Part shown: positions 47,700-61,735 of the stretch, one piece after another
Layout of the letters: each line of letters begins with the position of its first letter
How positions within the stretch are numbered: the first letter of the stretch is position 1
Notes under the pieces: model-generated
The model's database searches: none
Told to the model about the DNA's origin: nothing
Seen by the model: only the letters and a program-made list of their open reading frames with translations
Program-made: the position numbers and the translations under genes
Assembly (NCBI GenBank): GCA_010356995.1
Contig: ML996687.1
Location: 1,365,803-1,429,802 of the forward strand
Direction of reading: 5' to 3'
Length of the DNA: 64,000 nt
Source of the DNA: Trichodelitschia bisporula
Lineage: Eukaryota

Positions 47700-50562
47700 C
47701 TAATTATGATTACGCCGTTTGCGAGCAAACGAAGACCAATCCTCGTCCTCCTCCTCGTGATTAGCGCCGTTGAGCGGCGACCGACTGTTCTTCTTGGAGT
47801 GAACCATAGCAGAGAAAAAACCCTTCTTCTTCGCTGGATCGGCGGGCTGAACCGTGGTAGCAGTAGTGGTTGAGTTCGTTTCTGCAAGCCGCGAGGTCTG
47901 CACTGGCTTGTACCGCGATGGCTGGCCGATGTTGCTACGCTCACTAGGCGCAACAGACGGCGCGTAGTTGCCGTTGAGTCCGAGGCCGTGAACGGATGCA
48001 GAGCTTGAGAAATTGGTTTGTGGAGGAGCCCAATTCAGCGACGGTGCCTGCGGGTTGAGCATGGACATGGTGCGTTGCTGCTGCATGACGGGCGGCTGCA
48101 AGTTAACCATGCTCATGGTGCGCTGCTGTGGGGTGGCGAAGCCGAGGTTGCTGGGCGCGATGGACATGGGGCGGCCAGCCATGCCGTTTGCCATGCCGGC
48201 TGCCATTCCGTTGGGCATGGGCATAGCGCTTGGGTCCATCGGTATCCCCATGCTCTGGGCCATCTGCAGGCCCATCATGTACTGAAGCGTCGCCTGTTGT
48301 TGCAAGATGACCTGCATGAGCTGCTGCTGTTCCTGGTTTTGCGCGCCGTTCATCACGGGCATTCCCATCCCGCCCATACCAGGCATGCCACCCATCATAC
48401 CGCCGCCATAGCCCATAGGCCCCATACCCCCTTGAGGCATTGACATCTGCGGTGTCTGGACAAAGCTTTGCGTGTTGGGACTTCCGCGGCGCATAGCACG
48501 CTGCTTCTCCTCTTCGGCAATGACGCCAACCAGTCCGTTGGGATGCAGGCCGTGCACGGGAGACTGTCCGGGTGGAGGACCGAAGCTAGACTGACGAGTT
48601 TTGTTGAAACCAGGCGCTTCGCGGTTGGAAGGGTTCACCATATCCGTAGCACCGATGTACGGATCCGTCGGGAGCTTCCTCGCAAACGGCGGAAGGCTGG
48701 TGCGCGGCCCCGCAACCGACTCCCTGGAGCCGTTGCTTCGCATATTGCCGTTTACGGTGCTGGGGGGACGGGTACCCGCACCAATGAACGAGCGGGCACT
48801 GTAACGCGGATCAGGGGTATTCGAGCCCTTGGGAAAGGCATGGGCCTGGAGGATGCCGAGCGGGATATCCTCGTCATCACTACCCGTTCCGTTTTCCGAC
48901 GCAATGGTGGGGAGATTAGGAGTGCTCATACCGCCGCGACCCAGCATAGGCCGGTGGGGAACTGAATGATCTCCAATCTCCTTCGTCATCTGCTGTCGCC
49001 AGATCGAATGTCTCGCCTCCTTTTGCGCTTGCAGCTTCCTCTTCTGGGCCTTGGTCTGCTCGTCTTCCTCATCATCTTCGTAGTTCTCCTCATCATCGCT
49101 ATCCGCCTTCGTCTCCGCCTTCTTTGCCATTGCCTCTTTCTTCTTCAGGTTCTCAAATTCTGCTGCGCTCAGCACCTTCTTCTTCCCCTTGTCACCCCCG
49201 GTCTCATTAAGGAAGGGTTTTTCTGAGTCCATCGCACGAATAGCATTAATCATATGGGTATCAAAGAATGGCTCCTCTTCCACGGCTTCCGGCGCAGGTT
49301 TCGCCCGAGGAGTAGGAGTATTGGAATTTGAATCGAAAGGATCACCATTTTTGCCCTGCGGCGTCAACGGGAGATCGCTGGATGGAAGACTGGAAACACT
49401 CGATGACAGTGAACCGGTCTTTGTGGAGTTGCCCGATCCGCCAGATGAACCGGACTGCCGAGGAAAGAGACTGTCGCCACGAAGCTGCTCCGTTCGAGTC
49501 TGTGCCGGCTTGAAAACCGTGCTTCCACGAACGCTAGCCCGCACCGCAAGGACAGACTGCCGGACCATCTTCGCATCGCTGTCTTCGAGACCCTCTGATG
49601 ACTTGGAGAAGGAAGGTTGGTTTCTCAACTGCGGTCGCGACTCGTATGTCGACTCGACGTGTCCATTGGTCCGACCACCTTTCGACTTGTGTGGAGGCGG
49701 CGGAGGTGGTCTCTCATCAATCGGAGAGCCTCCATCTAAGGGTGGTGACGACATCAGCCTGTCCTGGGATGTACGGCTGTCCCGATTGCCTGGCTGATAT
49801 GGCGAATCATAGCCGTTTGATACCGAGTGGAGAGGTGACGTCTTCATTGGTCGCGATGGGTACGAAACTCTAGGGCTGGCGAAAAGCGGCTCCGAGTCCT
49901 AAAGACTTCAGAATAAGAAACAAACAAACAATTGAGAAACCTACGGTACGCAGGACTGCCGGGGCAGGAGGCTTGGACATGGAGTCGTCGGCGAACGCGG
50001 TGCTCCTTCGGTTGGGTAAGCCAGCAAACAAGTCTCCGAAGTCGTCGGTGTCGATGTCCTGGGAGAGTGTGAGGTAGTTCGGGGACCCTGCGCGGTCCTG
50101 GTGTTTTTTGTCAGCAATCGATATTGATGAGCTTGGCTTGGCAATCTCACCTTGCGGAATGTCTCGCTCGGGGATTGGAGGGTTGACGAAGAGCTGAAGC
50201 GAGCAGAAGCATTGTCAAAAATTCTGGACCGTGCGGACGTGGCGGCAGAACTGTTGCTCCCGCTATGCATGTTAGCCACCCGTTTGCCAGCGGCCCGCTC
50301 GAAGTCCTTTTTACCTCTCGGGAGTGTGGGAAGGTTTGGCGTACCGATTTGATATTGACGATTCCTCATCATATGAAGACTGCCGGGCAGGTTGAAGGTC
50401 TAAGGATGTTTGAGCCGTGTCGGTCCGCTTCACGCCAACCTCTTCCCGAGGTAGCACACGGAAACTGGATGCAGCAGCCATAGGACCGCCCTCATCCATG
50501 CTGTTTCCCGCAGACTTCCTACGGCCCATTCCTTTCAACGACTTCAACGTCGGTATGGGCAT
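47700..50562 (-). CDS. Large disordered fungal hypothetical protein
   Basis: Multi-exon gene starting MPIPTLKSLKGMGRRKS, with a final open frame of at least 715 aa containing DDEDIPLGIL and SVAPSERSNIGQPSRY blocks. Confidence 0.8.
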
Positions 50563-53453
50563 TGTGTTTGCCAGGGTGGGTTCCACTCCGAAGTTCACCA
50601 GGCGCGAGCCGACGCAGAACACGTTGTCACGGCGAGGCCCAGATCAAGAGCGAGGCATGTGCTGTAGAATAGGGTATGGGTGATGAGGCTTTCTGGGACT
50701 GGGTATGATGTCGGAGATGATTATTGATTATGCGGTTGTCGTGAAAGTAATACTCGGGAAAAAGGCGGAGCGAAAGGAAGCGAAAGCGCACGGAAACTGA
50801 TCGCCGTTAGCAAACAAAACGTACACAGTCCGCGTAATTGGATCAGATAGAGCGACCAGCACGTCATGCAGAGGGGGGGCCCGGAGAGCGAAGGAGAGGG
50901 AGGGAGACGTTGAGCGTGGACACGAGGGTTTGGGGAGGTGGGAGAGACGGACACAGGGAGGCGTAGGACCGTAATGGAGGAGGAAGCTCCGGAGTCGCGA
51001 CTTGGGGAATGGGCGATGATGCAGTTGTCCCTGAGGCTGGCTGAGTTGCTGTAGGTGGTGGGGGTGTAGTGGAGTTTGGGAAAAGGTTGACGTTGTAGTG
51101 TACACATGCGACGGACGATGGGGAGGTGGTTAGGACAGCGGATCGAGGTCCAATGGGGCATAGGAAGCGCGTGCGTTGCGTGCAGGTCGGAGTTGAAGTG
51201 TTGTCGGTCCCGGCTCAGGTACAGGCACAGGGAAACGGGGAAAGGAGAAACAGTCGGGGAACCTACCGATGCTGGAGAAACGAAAAACGGAGGAGTCGGC
51301 CGTCTCTTTGTTTTGCTTTGCTGATGGGGAAGGTGGCCACGCAGCAACGAGGGTGTTGGAGCCGACAGGCGGGCTCAGTGTGAACGGATGTCGTAAAAAA
51401 GAGAGACGAGAGACAAAGGATGTTGAGGGAGTTTGGGGATGGAGAGGCGGGCGGAAGTGAAAAAGCTGGAGAGGCGAGGTTAAGGTTGGTGGTAGGCGGT
51501 TACCAGTGCGAAGGGTGTGTAGTGGTGTCACGGACTACGAGAGCCTTGGGAGCCCTGGGATGGGGGGGTAAGGAAGGGCGGAAGAGGGGAGGGGGCGGTT
51601 TATGGTGGAGGTGCGGGCCAAAAACTCAAGGGTGGGGTTGTTGGGCGGAAGGCGATGGAGTGAGTGATGTGGATGTCTGGTTGTTGACGGGATGAAGAAG
51701 TGAAGAAGCGAAGAACTAGAAGAAAGAAGATGACAGATGGAAGAAGAGATACAAGAAAACTTGAACGATCCAAAGAAACGCCTCTTTTCCTGTAGTCTCT
51801 TGATGTTGGCTTGCAGATGTTGATAAACACCCTGTCTCAACAACTCTTTCAAACCTGACTGCGACTTGTCAAGCAGGTTCCTGATTTTCTCACACACTTT
51901 CTGACCAGCAAGTACGGTAACCACGACTCCTACATCCTCCATCATCCATCATCCAAGCACCAAGCGACAAAACACCAAAGATCACAACCTCCTTCTGCCC
52001 TTCTGCGCCTATTTCTCACGTCTCTCGCTCTCAGGCCCCATTAAGGCGCAGCGGTCTATGCCGCGCTAGCACCCGTCCAATGAACCAATTCAATACCCAT
52101 CTTGCCATCCCTGGCCTCTTCTTCCCTTCAAAAAAGGCGGCAAAAAAAGACACAAGCCATCGGGTCATCGGCCATTGGCTTTTGCTCGCTTCCTTTAAAC
52201 TGCTCGCTGACACACGTTGCTCCGACCGGCTCGCACAGAAACATCCTCCCTCACAGCCAGTAGAAATATGCAGCCGCTCACGCCCACCAGACGAAATGGC
52301 TGTGTGTGAAAAGGCAAAATCAAGCGTCATGCACGACAGCAAGCGACGCAATGCTTCATCCCGTCGGCGGGAAGAAACTCGAACAGAAAAAACCCGGGGC
52401 TGGGAATGTGGAGTGTGGGCCTTGGACGGCTCTTCTGCATCCCGCATTTCATCGGCTCAGGGCATACGCGGCCCTGCTGTGGAGAATCTGCACATGCGGA
52501 AGCGGTATGCAGGCTGGGATAGCAAGCTCCATCAAGCCAGTCTGGGGTTTGTCCGACGAGAGTTTTGTATCCCGAGGGAGGATCATGATTATCTATGCAT
52601 AGCGGGAGTAAATCATAAACTCTCGGTTCCAATCATGGAATAAACAGAGCCCATGTAATGATGAAGAATAGGTTTATACTACGAGGTAGCTTCACGTTCA
52701 CACGCCACACATTCTTTTCAATCGTACACCTCAAGGGGTGCTTCCGCCCTGCGTTCTGGACAACTTGCCTAGTTAGGCGGCGGGGCAAGCCAGGCCAAAG
52801 CCAAAAACCCGGAGGAGATGGGCAATTCTTTCAAAGCCTGGGGTTTGGCTTGATGACAGATGGCCCAAACGCCGCCTCGTGCTCACACGTCAAAAAGAAC
52901 TGGCTCGCTTCCTTGACGCAGCGCTTGTTCTTGCAACTGCTCCACCAGTCTCCGACTCCTCCGCGCGCCGCTTCAGCCATCCACCCGTAACGACGGAAGT
53001 GCGAGAGGGGTCAAGCAGCGGGAAAACGCGTAAACAGCCCATAAAAAACCTTCTCTCCCTGTTCCTGAACTGGTCCCCTTCGTCCACTCACACTGCTGAC
53101 TCCCATACCGAATTCCGCCATCCGGATCCAACTGCAGAGCGTCGAACTGAAGCAGTGCTGCGCCGGTGTTCGAGTCGATGACCCACAGCGACTTCACTGG
53201 GCCAGGCTAGTGGCCACGGGGAACGCCAGGTTCCAGATCGAGTGTCTTGCCCAGGGGCAGTCCCGCAGCCAGCAAAGCCACTGCAGCGCCTCTTCAAGTC
53301 TCCGCTTTGCGCCGTGACGCCCGCATTTGGCTTGGCTGAGGTCGTTTCTGTGCTCGATTGCAACATCAGGCCCCGCACCCATCATTCCCCCATCGGCAAA
53401 CCCGACTAAAAGCAACCCACAACCCCCCGTCATCTTCAGTCATATTCACCACT

Positions 53454-55289
53454 ATGGCCGTCTCCGATGGCATTGCCACACAGGCCCTTGAGGGGTTTGC
53501 CGACGGAGCCTCCTACGACAAGTACAGACCGACGTATCCCGATGAAGCCGTTGACAGGCTGCTTGGCTCGCTCGGGCTGATTGGCTTTGACGGCGCCATC
53601 GTCGTTGACCTGGCCGCCGGCACCGGGAAATTTACTGAAGCCCTCGCGCGGAGAAAGGAAAGTTTCGATGTGATCGCTGTCGAGCCGCATAACGCCATGC
53701 GTGGAGAGCTGGAGAGGAAACAACTGGCTCGCGCAGTCGTCAAGGAAGGTATCGCCAACAGCATCCCGCTTGAAGATGCGTCCGCCGATGCGTTGGTAGT
53801 TGCTCAGGTACGTGTCTGCGATGCACAGGCTCTCGTCTCTTATGCTTTCTTTCCCTTCCTCGTGCACGCTGGTTTCCTTGCTATGATGGCCCACCTTCGC
53901 CTTGCAGATACCGCTGTTGTCGCTTTGTCCCGTCCAAGGTCGTCTCGGATCGGAACCGCGCCTCTCCCTCGGTGCGACCCATCCCCCGCCATCCACATCC
54001 AGCGCGTGCGACGACGCTAAGCATTTGGTTTCCCAACTGAGCATCGTCTAAGACGCCGTTTTACCAATCGCAGGTGCAGCAGAAGCCTGAGCGGATGTTC
54101 GATTAAGAATTTTTGGTACGCTCACAGACGGACCGACCGTATTGCCTTCCAGAAATAGGGCTCAGCCAATAGTCTGCAACAGACACGAGCCATAATGGAT
54201 CCATCTCCACCATCACCAAGCAAAAGCCGGTCGGGAATGCCGTCATCAGGACCCACGGGGCTTGTGGCTTTACTCGCTTAGTCATTCCGAGGCTGACGCC
54301 AATTGCCTAATTAGGCCTTTCACTGGTTTGCGAACATGGGTGCGCTACGGGAAGTCTACCGAGTGCTGAAGCCTGGTGCGGGTTTCGGGATGATATGGAA
54401 TATAGAGGACTGTAAGCGCCTACCGTCTTTGAAGTTCACCGCGCCGTTTACTGTCCCACTTAGCCTTGCGGATGCATCCGAGGCGTGCCGTAGTCCAACC
54501 GGCCGAGTATAAATATGCTGCAGACCCCGCTGACATGGTTTCAGACAACCAGACTCGCGATGCTGGGATGAGCACCGAGTGGGAGGGTAAGTTGCGCGAC
54601 CTCGTATGGACTCGTGGCAACGATACTCCCCGCTTTCGACACAACAAATGGCGTGCTGTCTTTGATGAGCAGCTCTCCAACCCCCTGAGGTTGACGGCGG
54701 GTGCTGAACCGTTGTTCTCGCTCCCAATTGGGGAGGACAAAGTTCCCTGGACGGTGTGGCTGACGAAGGAGAATCTGTGGAGCCGGTATATGACCTTGGG
54801 ACCGCATTCGGTGCTAACAGGAAAGGAACTGGAGGTATGTGGGCCATTTCCTCAGCACCATGTCATAGCTGCCTGGCCATACCCGGCTGCTTCATATCCA
54901 CGGGTGTCTCTATCGGCCCTTCTCTTACCATATGTCCCTCTTCACTGCGACATAACCCCTCATCTCTAAGGTGTTCTGGGACTTGTCGATAGCCTTGTCG
55001 TCAAGGTGCCGCCTGTTGCCCACCTATCGATGTGTATCACATCCATTCGATGTGCTGCGTTGTATCCGGAGCAATCGGCTGCATTTCGGCATGCCCGCTT
55101 TCCGATCGGTGTCCAGCCTTATATTTTTTTTGCTTTGCGCATACTCTCCGTGCTGACTGCCTATTTCAGGATACTCGGAGGGTATTCGACAGCGCTCTCC
55201 AGGGTGCCGATGTCGAAGTGAACGACGAAGGCTTAGTCGCCGTGCACGGTGTGACCTACATCGCATGGACGAGCAGACTCCCGAATTAG
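53454..55289 (+). CDS. Class I SAM-dependent methyltransferase (Methyltransf_11-like)
   Basis: YDKYRPTYP, VDLAAGTGKFT, AVEP, VAQ|AFHWF and RVLKPG; introns 53808-54314, 54412-54544 and 54835-55169 all join in frame. Confidence 0.9.
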
Positions 55290-58200
55290 TGCACTGTTGC
55301 ACGCCATCGTGGGACGAGACGGCTCCTGCATATGGGGTCGCGTCGGCCGGAACGACCAGTCATGCGGAAGCCTTACCGTGGGACTGGATTCCGGCAGTTC
55401 GCCAGTGTAACTGCATCGGCCAGTAGAATTGAAGAAATAGACGGTAGATCCGAGCACAAATTGTCCCTCATGGTCTGACCCTTTGGGTGTTGATTGTCTC
55501 GACTTGCACCTCTGTAGAGCGCGGATAGTGTTTGGTGCAGAACTGGGTGGAGCATTCTCCGGACTGCTGGCTCTTTAGGTTGGTGATAGGCTGGAGGTGA
55601 AGGATGCAGACAAAGCCTTGTCGTATCCCGGAGGTCGACGTGCGCTGATAATGCTTCAGGAACGGACTTGCAAATGCGACCCCGCGACCCCCCGCTCGTC
55701 CCCACGCCGCCCCTCATGGCATGTACTTGAACGAGCTACGAACACTCCTATGATTTTCCGTCACTCTAGGCTTCTTGAACAAGATGCTTCTTGCTCTGGG
55801 GGACCAGTGCCCTTTCGGGTTGCAGCAGCGACATTTATCACTGGTGAAAATGGGGGAGCATATCCACAGCCTCAGCACTCGGACACCCCCTCTTCAATTG
55901 AGCCTTACGACAACAGCTCAAAAGAAAACCAGCTAGTCCAGGGCTTGCTACTTCCTGCCCCATGCGCGGATTGTGGCCGTCATCACTTCAGGGAGCGGCG
56001 TGCAGTTCCCCAACTCTCTCAAGCTTCATTACCACGCAACTGTGCGTGGAGCAGACCAAATCGAGCGCGGAAAACAGACGTATGACTCTGGAATTAGGGT
56101 TAAATAGACCACTCTGGCTTTTAGCACATGATTTGGCTGGTGGGCCTCATCTTTGACTGCAAGCCTTCCGACATCGCGCACCCCTCAACCTAGCCGACGG
56201 TTTTGGAAAGTGCGAATGCATATGCTGACGTCACTGCCTTCATCGCTCGTACTTCTTTAGAATGCTGACTCAACATGCTCACTCCTGCCTAAATATATTT
56301 CTCGTAGTCAGTTCTTTCCTCGTCTTTCTTCTTCACCTCCCAAGCTTCATTCAGCATCATCGCTCAACATCATCCATCGGCATCATCCATCGGCAAGACT
56401 CATCACCATTGTCCATTAATCACATGGGGTTTCAGTGTGATTGAAACACTTGTCCAATATATCGTGCCTGGTCCTGCTGAGGAGGCCGGTGTTGCGAAGG
56501 CCAATGATGCCAACATATCCAACCTCGCGGTTGCGCATGCCGAGACGGCCAATGAGGCTGGCTCAGGTACTCCTGCTCTGCATTAAATCTATCCAGGATC
56601 TTCTACTTTGATCCACAGCGCCGGGTATCACCGTCACCCATCACATTCATCTACCAACATCCACCACCACCATCAGGAATGTGCTTAGCTGAAGAAGCGC
56701 TCGGCTCGGGTTGCTGGCCTTCGTGACAAAAATCCTAAAGCTCCCAGAGGTCTTCGGACGGGCGGGCAGTCTGGGTTTGAGGAAGAGAGAAAGTTCTAGT
56801 CCCAACGTCAGATTGGAGTTCCACTCAGTTGGAGGTACTCAAAATATCCATAAAGCGGGACGACCTAGCCAGTCTCGTCGCAGGCGTCTGCTCTCTCGAG
56901 AATGTGAAAGCGGGAGATCCAAAGCTAGCGGCTCCAGTTTTCCCCCATTAAGGAGCCATGGAACTTAGCACCGCCAGAGATACGGAAAGCTTGTGTCGAT
57001 ACTCCGGCTTGTACCGACCTCCTGGTCAAGCTGGCGGCACTCAAGTATCGCACGACTGAGGCTGGGTCTTTGACATCGACGGTACACTCCCCTCAGTCAT
57101 GGCTGTTCCAGCTGCTCCGGTGTCTACGGATGCCATTTCTCAGCAGAGACCGCAGGCACCAGTGGAGAAGGGGTGGCTGTTAAGAAATCGAAGATGCGTC
57201 AGCTCGGGATCATATGGCACAGCGGGTGGCCGTTGGAGAGTACGTGCAAGGGATATGAGGAAATGTGGCTATAAAGACGGGCTTCCGACGGGGGAGAAAG
57301 AGGAGAAAAGGAGGGGAGGGGACGGTGAGAGGATGGACGTGGACGGCGAAGAGGAGGACGGTCGCGAGGCCGAGAGTGATTTCGTCTGTTCCCCATCGCA
57401 GGCGACCCAAAGACTGTCTCCATTATCGCTCTATCCGGACAGCCGCAGGTAAACGCCACGCGTCATTACGATCGCCGCGAGTGGATGTTTCCCATGGCAG
57501 CCAATTGACATACCGGGCAGGCGCTTTTGATGATGATCCACCGAAACCACTTCGACGCTGCAGGCAGCGAGGGATCAGAGCAGGAAGAATTCTGTGGACG
57601 CTCGTCCTCGCCCGGATGATGCGATCGTCAAGACGTATGATATGCCGCAGCCTTCTCCCATTTCCAACTACCACAAGCCGATGCGCCAGAAACCCGACTT
57701 TATGAAGGCGAATCATCTCACGTGTGCAGACTAGGACAAGCTTCTAGCCATTCTCGAAGAAATAACGTCATCCAAACCCCATCATACTCCTCTCCTCTTC
57801 TCTTTTCATATCTCATCTCCCAGTGCGTCGAAGCTCGCCGTGTCATTGAGCAAATCAAAGCAGCCTGATACAGGTGCGTGGGTGCACGGGCAGCGAGACA
57901 GCAAAAGCGAGTTAGGTGTTTGGTCTTACGATATAAAAGGCATCGAGATGAAATATTGTACCTAGTATCGTCCTTTGGGGGTCAACATCTACAGAAAATC
58001 AACGCAATACATCCTCTCGCCGCTTGGATAACCTCATTGATGGTTCACCGCGGTACTTCCAAGTGGGTGAACTGGCTGCGGTTCCAGTGCCAGTTCCGCA
58101 TTTATTGGACGAGCAGGCGGAGAATTCGAAGGAGCCCTGGTGTCTTAGCATCCATCCCGAGTATTAAGTGAAGCTTCATTGCCGTGTTTCCTTGATTTGT

Positions 58201-59366
58201 AAGACCCTGTGGTTGAGGACGCCGACAGGTGAGCACTGAATGCTGAGCGATTCCCGTTCAAGTTGACCGTCTGATGATCTCCCTATTACTTATCAGGACC
58301 TGCAGTTGTGATGGCATTAATTCCACACTCTTGGGAAGTCCCCGTGGTACCATAGTCGTTCGTGCCTCCGGTTGCTAGGCCAACAGGTGTTTAGAGTGGG
58401 TGGGGTGGATTTGATTCGCGACCGTATGGATTTCCGGAATGTCCGCTCGACAATCCTAGGTGCTGAGTTCCTATGCAAGAGGGCTCCGTTCTCGCCTTGG
58501 CCTGCCCAAGGAATGGTCGACAGAGTGAGTTGAGCGGTTCTGCGTATCTTTCATCCAAAGCCCCTTTGGGAGCGCCGTGAGATTCGGTACCACTCATATG
58601 GGGTGACGCGGGGAACTGTGGGAACTTCAGGCGGATACCTCTCACTAGCATCAAGCTCTCCTAAGTGTGCATAAACGAGTTTTTGGAAATGAAGAAGGTC
58701 TGCACCAAATCGGTTGAATTCGCCTTGTCTGTACATCCGTATTATCGGTCATCCGGAATCGTCGAGTGGCGGGCATCGCTCAGCAGCATCGAAGTTTGGA
58801 ACCTGACGATCTGTGAGCTGAGTTGCTTTTCCAATCACCTCGCGGCTACCAACTAAACTCTCTAGCATAGCCACATCATGATAGGGGCAGCGGGAGTCTC
58901 CAAATGGCTACATCAACCCAACCTGGACAAGGCTTATCACGTGGTCACGATGACCCGAAATGGAAATTATTGGTTCTGACTCTTCAAGCTTCAGTCAGCG
59001 GCTCAACATTGGATGCCAACAGTTATAAAGCACATTTCCGGCTTCAGGAAAGTCACATTGCTCGGTCGAAAGCTGTCAGAAGTGTGTTCCAATGCATCCG
59101 CGTCCCACAGGACAGTCGCCGCAGGTCCGCACAATGGACGGGCCATGGAAATTGCGGCAGAGCCCCTCTCGACCAGCCTCAGCCACTCTAAATCCTTCTC
59201 CAAGGTTTTATGTAAAGTTGTTGCGCCAAACACTGAAGAACAGGGGCTGAACGGCAAAAGAATCGGGGGAGGATGATGAATTCAGCTCATGGAGGAGCTA
59301 TCTAGCGATCTGCTGTTCATGCGAGGTGTGTCTATGGCCAGATTCAAGGTGTTCCTTTTGCTTCGA

Positions 59367-60016
59367 TCATAGATCACTTTCTATGAACTGGGTAAAGTGC
59401 GAGACGATCGAATCGAGAGTCCAGGTTTCCCTTGCGGCCATCATTGAGAATACCGTATGATGAGGTCTGACAGCGAACAGGAAGTCTTGGACCTTCTCGG
59501 TCCGGAACGAGCAGTCATGTTGCTGTGCCTCAAAATCAAAGACTAGCCACTTTTGAAGCCAATCTTTGAGATTGGGTTTGCCGTAGCTTTGACGATGGTG
59601 GTTGTATTCGCGTCTGATATTCTGCTGTACCACCTCTGGATCAGGGGCAACCTTTTCCTGGAGCCTATGGTACTGCTGAGAAGGTGTGTCACAGTCCACG
59701 ATAAGCCCACGAAGGAGCTTAGAGATGGATTTAATAATGAAGGTCTCGATCTCGGCTCCGATCCGACTTTGCTCAGTGGTCCAGAAATGCTGAGCGCGCC
59801 ATGCGTCTTACTCTCCATTGGCAATGTTCTCCGGCGGCCGCAATTTGCGTTTTGGTTCTGCCCATGGATCGTCGAAATTGGCCGGCAGAGGATTCGGAGA
59901 AGTATCGATCAGATGTTTGCCGCTAACGGAGTCCACGAAGATCTCCAGCTGCCGTTTCCACTCATACCACTGCTTGGATTCCCGGAGACTAGAGCGTTAT
60001 TTGCCGGTCGAGCCAT
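59367..60016 (-). mobile_element. Degenerate copia-like Gag relic
   Basis: Reads LRESKQWYEWKRQL...FIIKSIS...WLQKWL...VQDFLFAV, resembling fungal copia Gag, with a frameshift after MARPANNALV and an in-frame TAA. Confidence 0.5.
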
Positions 60017-61735
60017 AATTGTTAGACGTGAGTAGATGATGTCGGATTTCTTAAAGCTTGCTGCTTATAAGTTAGTTGACCTTTCGAAAGTTAAGGACTT
60101 AGGGGAATTACTAAGTACATCCCACTCACCTGCTTAGACAAACGGCTAGTAATCAACGCAGGTACGCAACCTCGCGAATTAAAGAGTGTATCTTTAATCA
60201 AAAGAATCAAGATATGCTAGTACTAAAATGGCTTTTATACAAACCGTGGCGGTCTTGGTCTATTGGAGTTCTCAATAAGTGCCAGAGCGCGGGGGACCTG
60301 TCAAGCAAACGGGCGAGAACTTCCCCTGGAAGGAGCCATGCCGCTCCCCTTTCCGTCCAGGTCAGTTGCAAACCCCTCAGCGGGAAGGAGCAGAAGACGC
60401 CACTCTTTCTTGCTTGACATACTGACCCCGCTTTGCTCTTGACGACCTTCAGTCCGCTTCCGCCGGCCGCAATTCCCAAAGTCTCAAGCCGCATACACAC
60501 ATACTCATTCCTCTAGCACCTTAGGTCCTCCACTCTCCAAGCAAACAGCTTGTAGACGAGAGGGGACAGAAGGAGGTGACGGGAGGCGAATCAATATGTG
60601 CACGCAGAGTACGCGTTGGAAGCCTCTTGAGGCATTTGCGGACAGGGGGAACGTGCCGTGCAGCGTCATTGCCAGGGTAGGGATCGAGACTTAACAGACC
60701 TACGTACTCCAGCGAGAGCGCACAGGTGCGTCCATAGCACCAGCATTAGTTTCAGGTATTCCTCTATACACGAATACATACGTATATGCAATTTCATCCC
60801 TCCCCGTCATCGCACATGGTGATATATACCAACACCAGCCATCAGCCCACTCAGCGCCGATACCCAGCCCAACACCCGAAAATCCAGAGCCAAGTCTCCG
60901 AAACCACCAGCAACACCACATCCAACCACCGAAACCCAAGCACCCGTACCGCGCCGCCCATCCCAGGCCCAACCGAGTGGAGGAACACAAGCACAAACAC
61001 AGTATTGCAGAGGAAGCACCTGAGCAGCCAAAGCACCTGATGAAAAAAAGGAGAGGAGAACAAGCATCAGTCGGGACAAGACGAGAATGGGTACTAAACC
61101 TGAAAGCAAGAACCCCGCCTTGCTCCATCCCGTCTCGTACGCGCCGTATCCCCTCAGAGGCCCAATTCCATTCCATTCTGTTGCTCCGTTCGTGGTCCCA
61201 AAGCACAGTGAACGCCCATTACCAGGCCAGTGTCTGTGAGACAAAGACCCGCAAAAAGGAAAGAAGAAAACATCCCACACGCAAGCAAGCGTACAGCGAA
61301 GTAGGGAGTTAGAAATGCAGTACGCACAAGAAGAGGAATGAACGAAACCAGTCTCCCCCCAGCCCCAATATTAAAGACCGACGAACCCCCAAAGCTTTCG
61401 TCATTTTGTCGCCCTGCGGCGCTCTGTGCATGTCTTCAAGTATAGCGCATGCAAAATGAAATAACGCTCGCCAATGACCTGCTTATGACAATTTGTGATG
61501 AATCCCATTTCATCCAACAGCCCTCCTGAAGTGCAGATCAAATCCCGAAAACGCCGTGAGCTATGCTGCAATTTGATGGAAAAAGTTAGTTACGGACAGG
61601 GAGTCAAGAAACTGGAATGCCGGTTAAGGATAGAAATGAGGTAGGGGGTGTTGAAGTGATGATACTGCCGTGACGGGGCGAGCAGCACGTGCCGCCAGAT
61701 CTGTGAGCTGGTGGCGTAGACCAAAGTTGAGACGA

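Noticed and set aside
54054..54117. U5 snRNA-like GCCGTTTTAC plus an Sm-site-like AATTTTTGG in intron 1 of the methyltransferase
   Set aside because: The invariant loop has an extra base and the flanks do not form stem 1.
56094..56103. TTAGGGTTAA, the reverse complement of a telomerase RNA template-like TAACCCTAA, in a gene-poor region
   Set aside because: A single 9-10-mer is plausible by chance in 64 kb; no pseudoknot or three-way junction was recognised, and only ~800 nt separate it from the convergent methyltransferase gene.
58334..58346. GGAAGTCCCCG, resembling the RNase MRP CR-I motif
   Set aside because: No convincing matching CR-V partner was found downstream.
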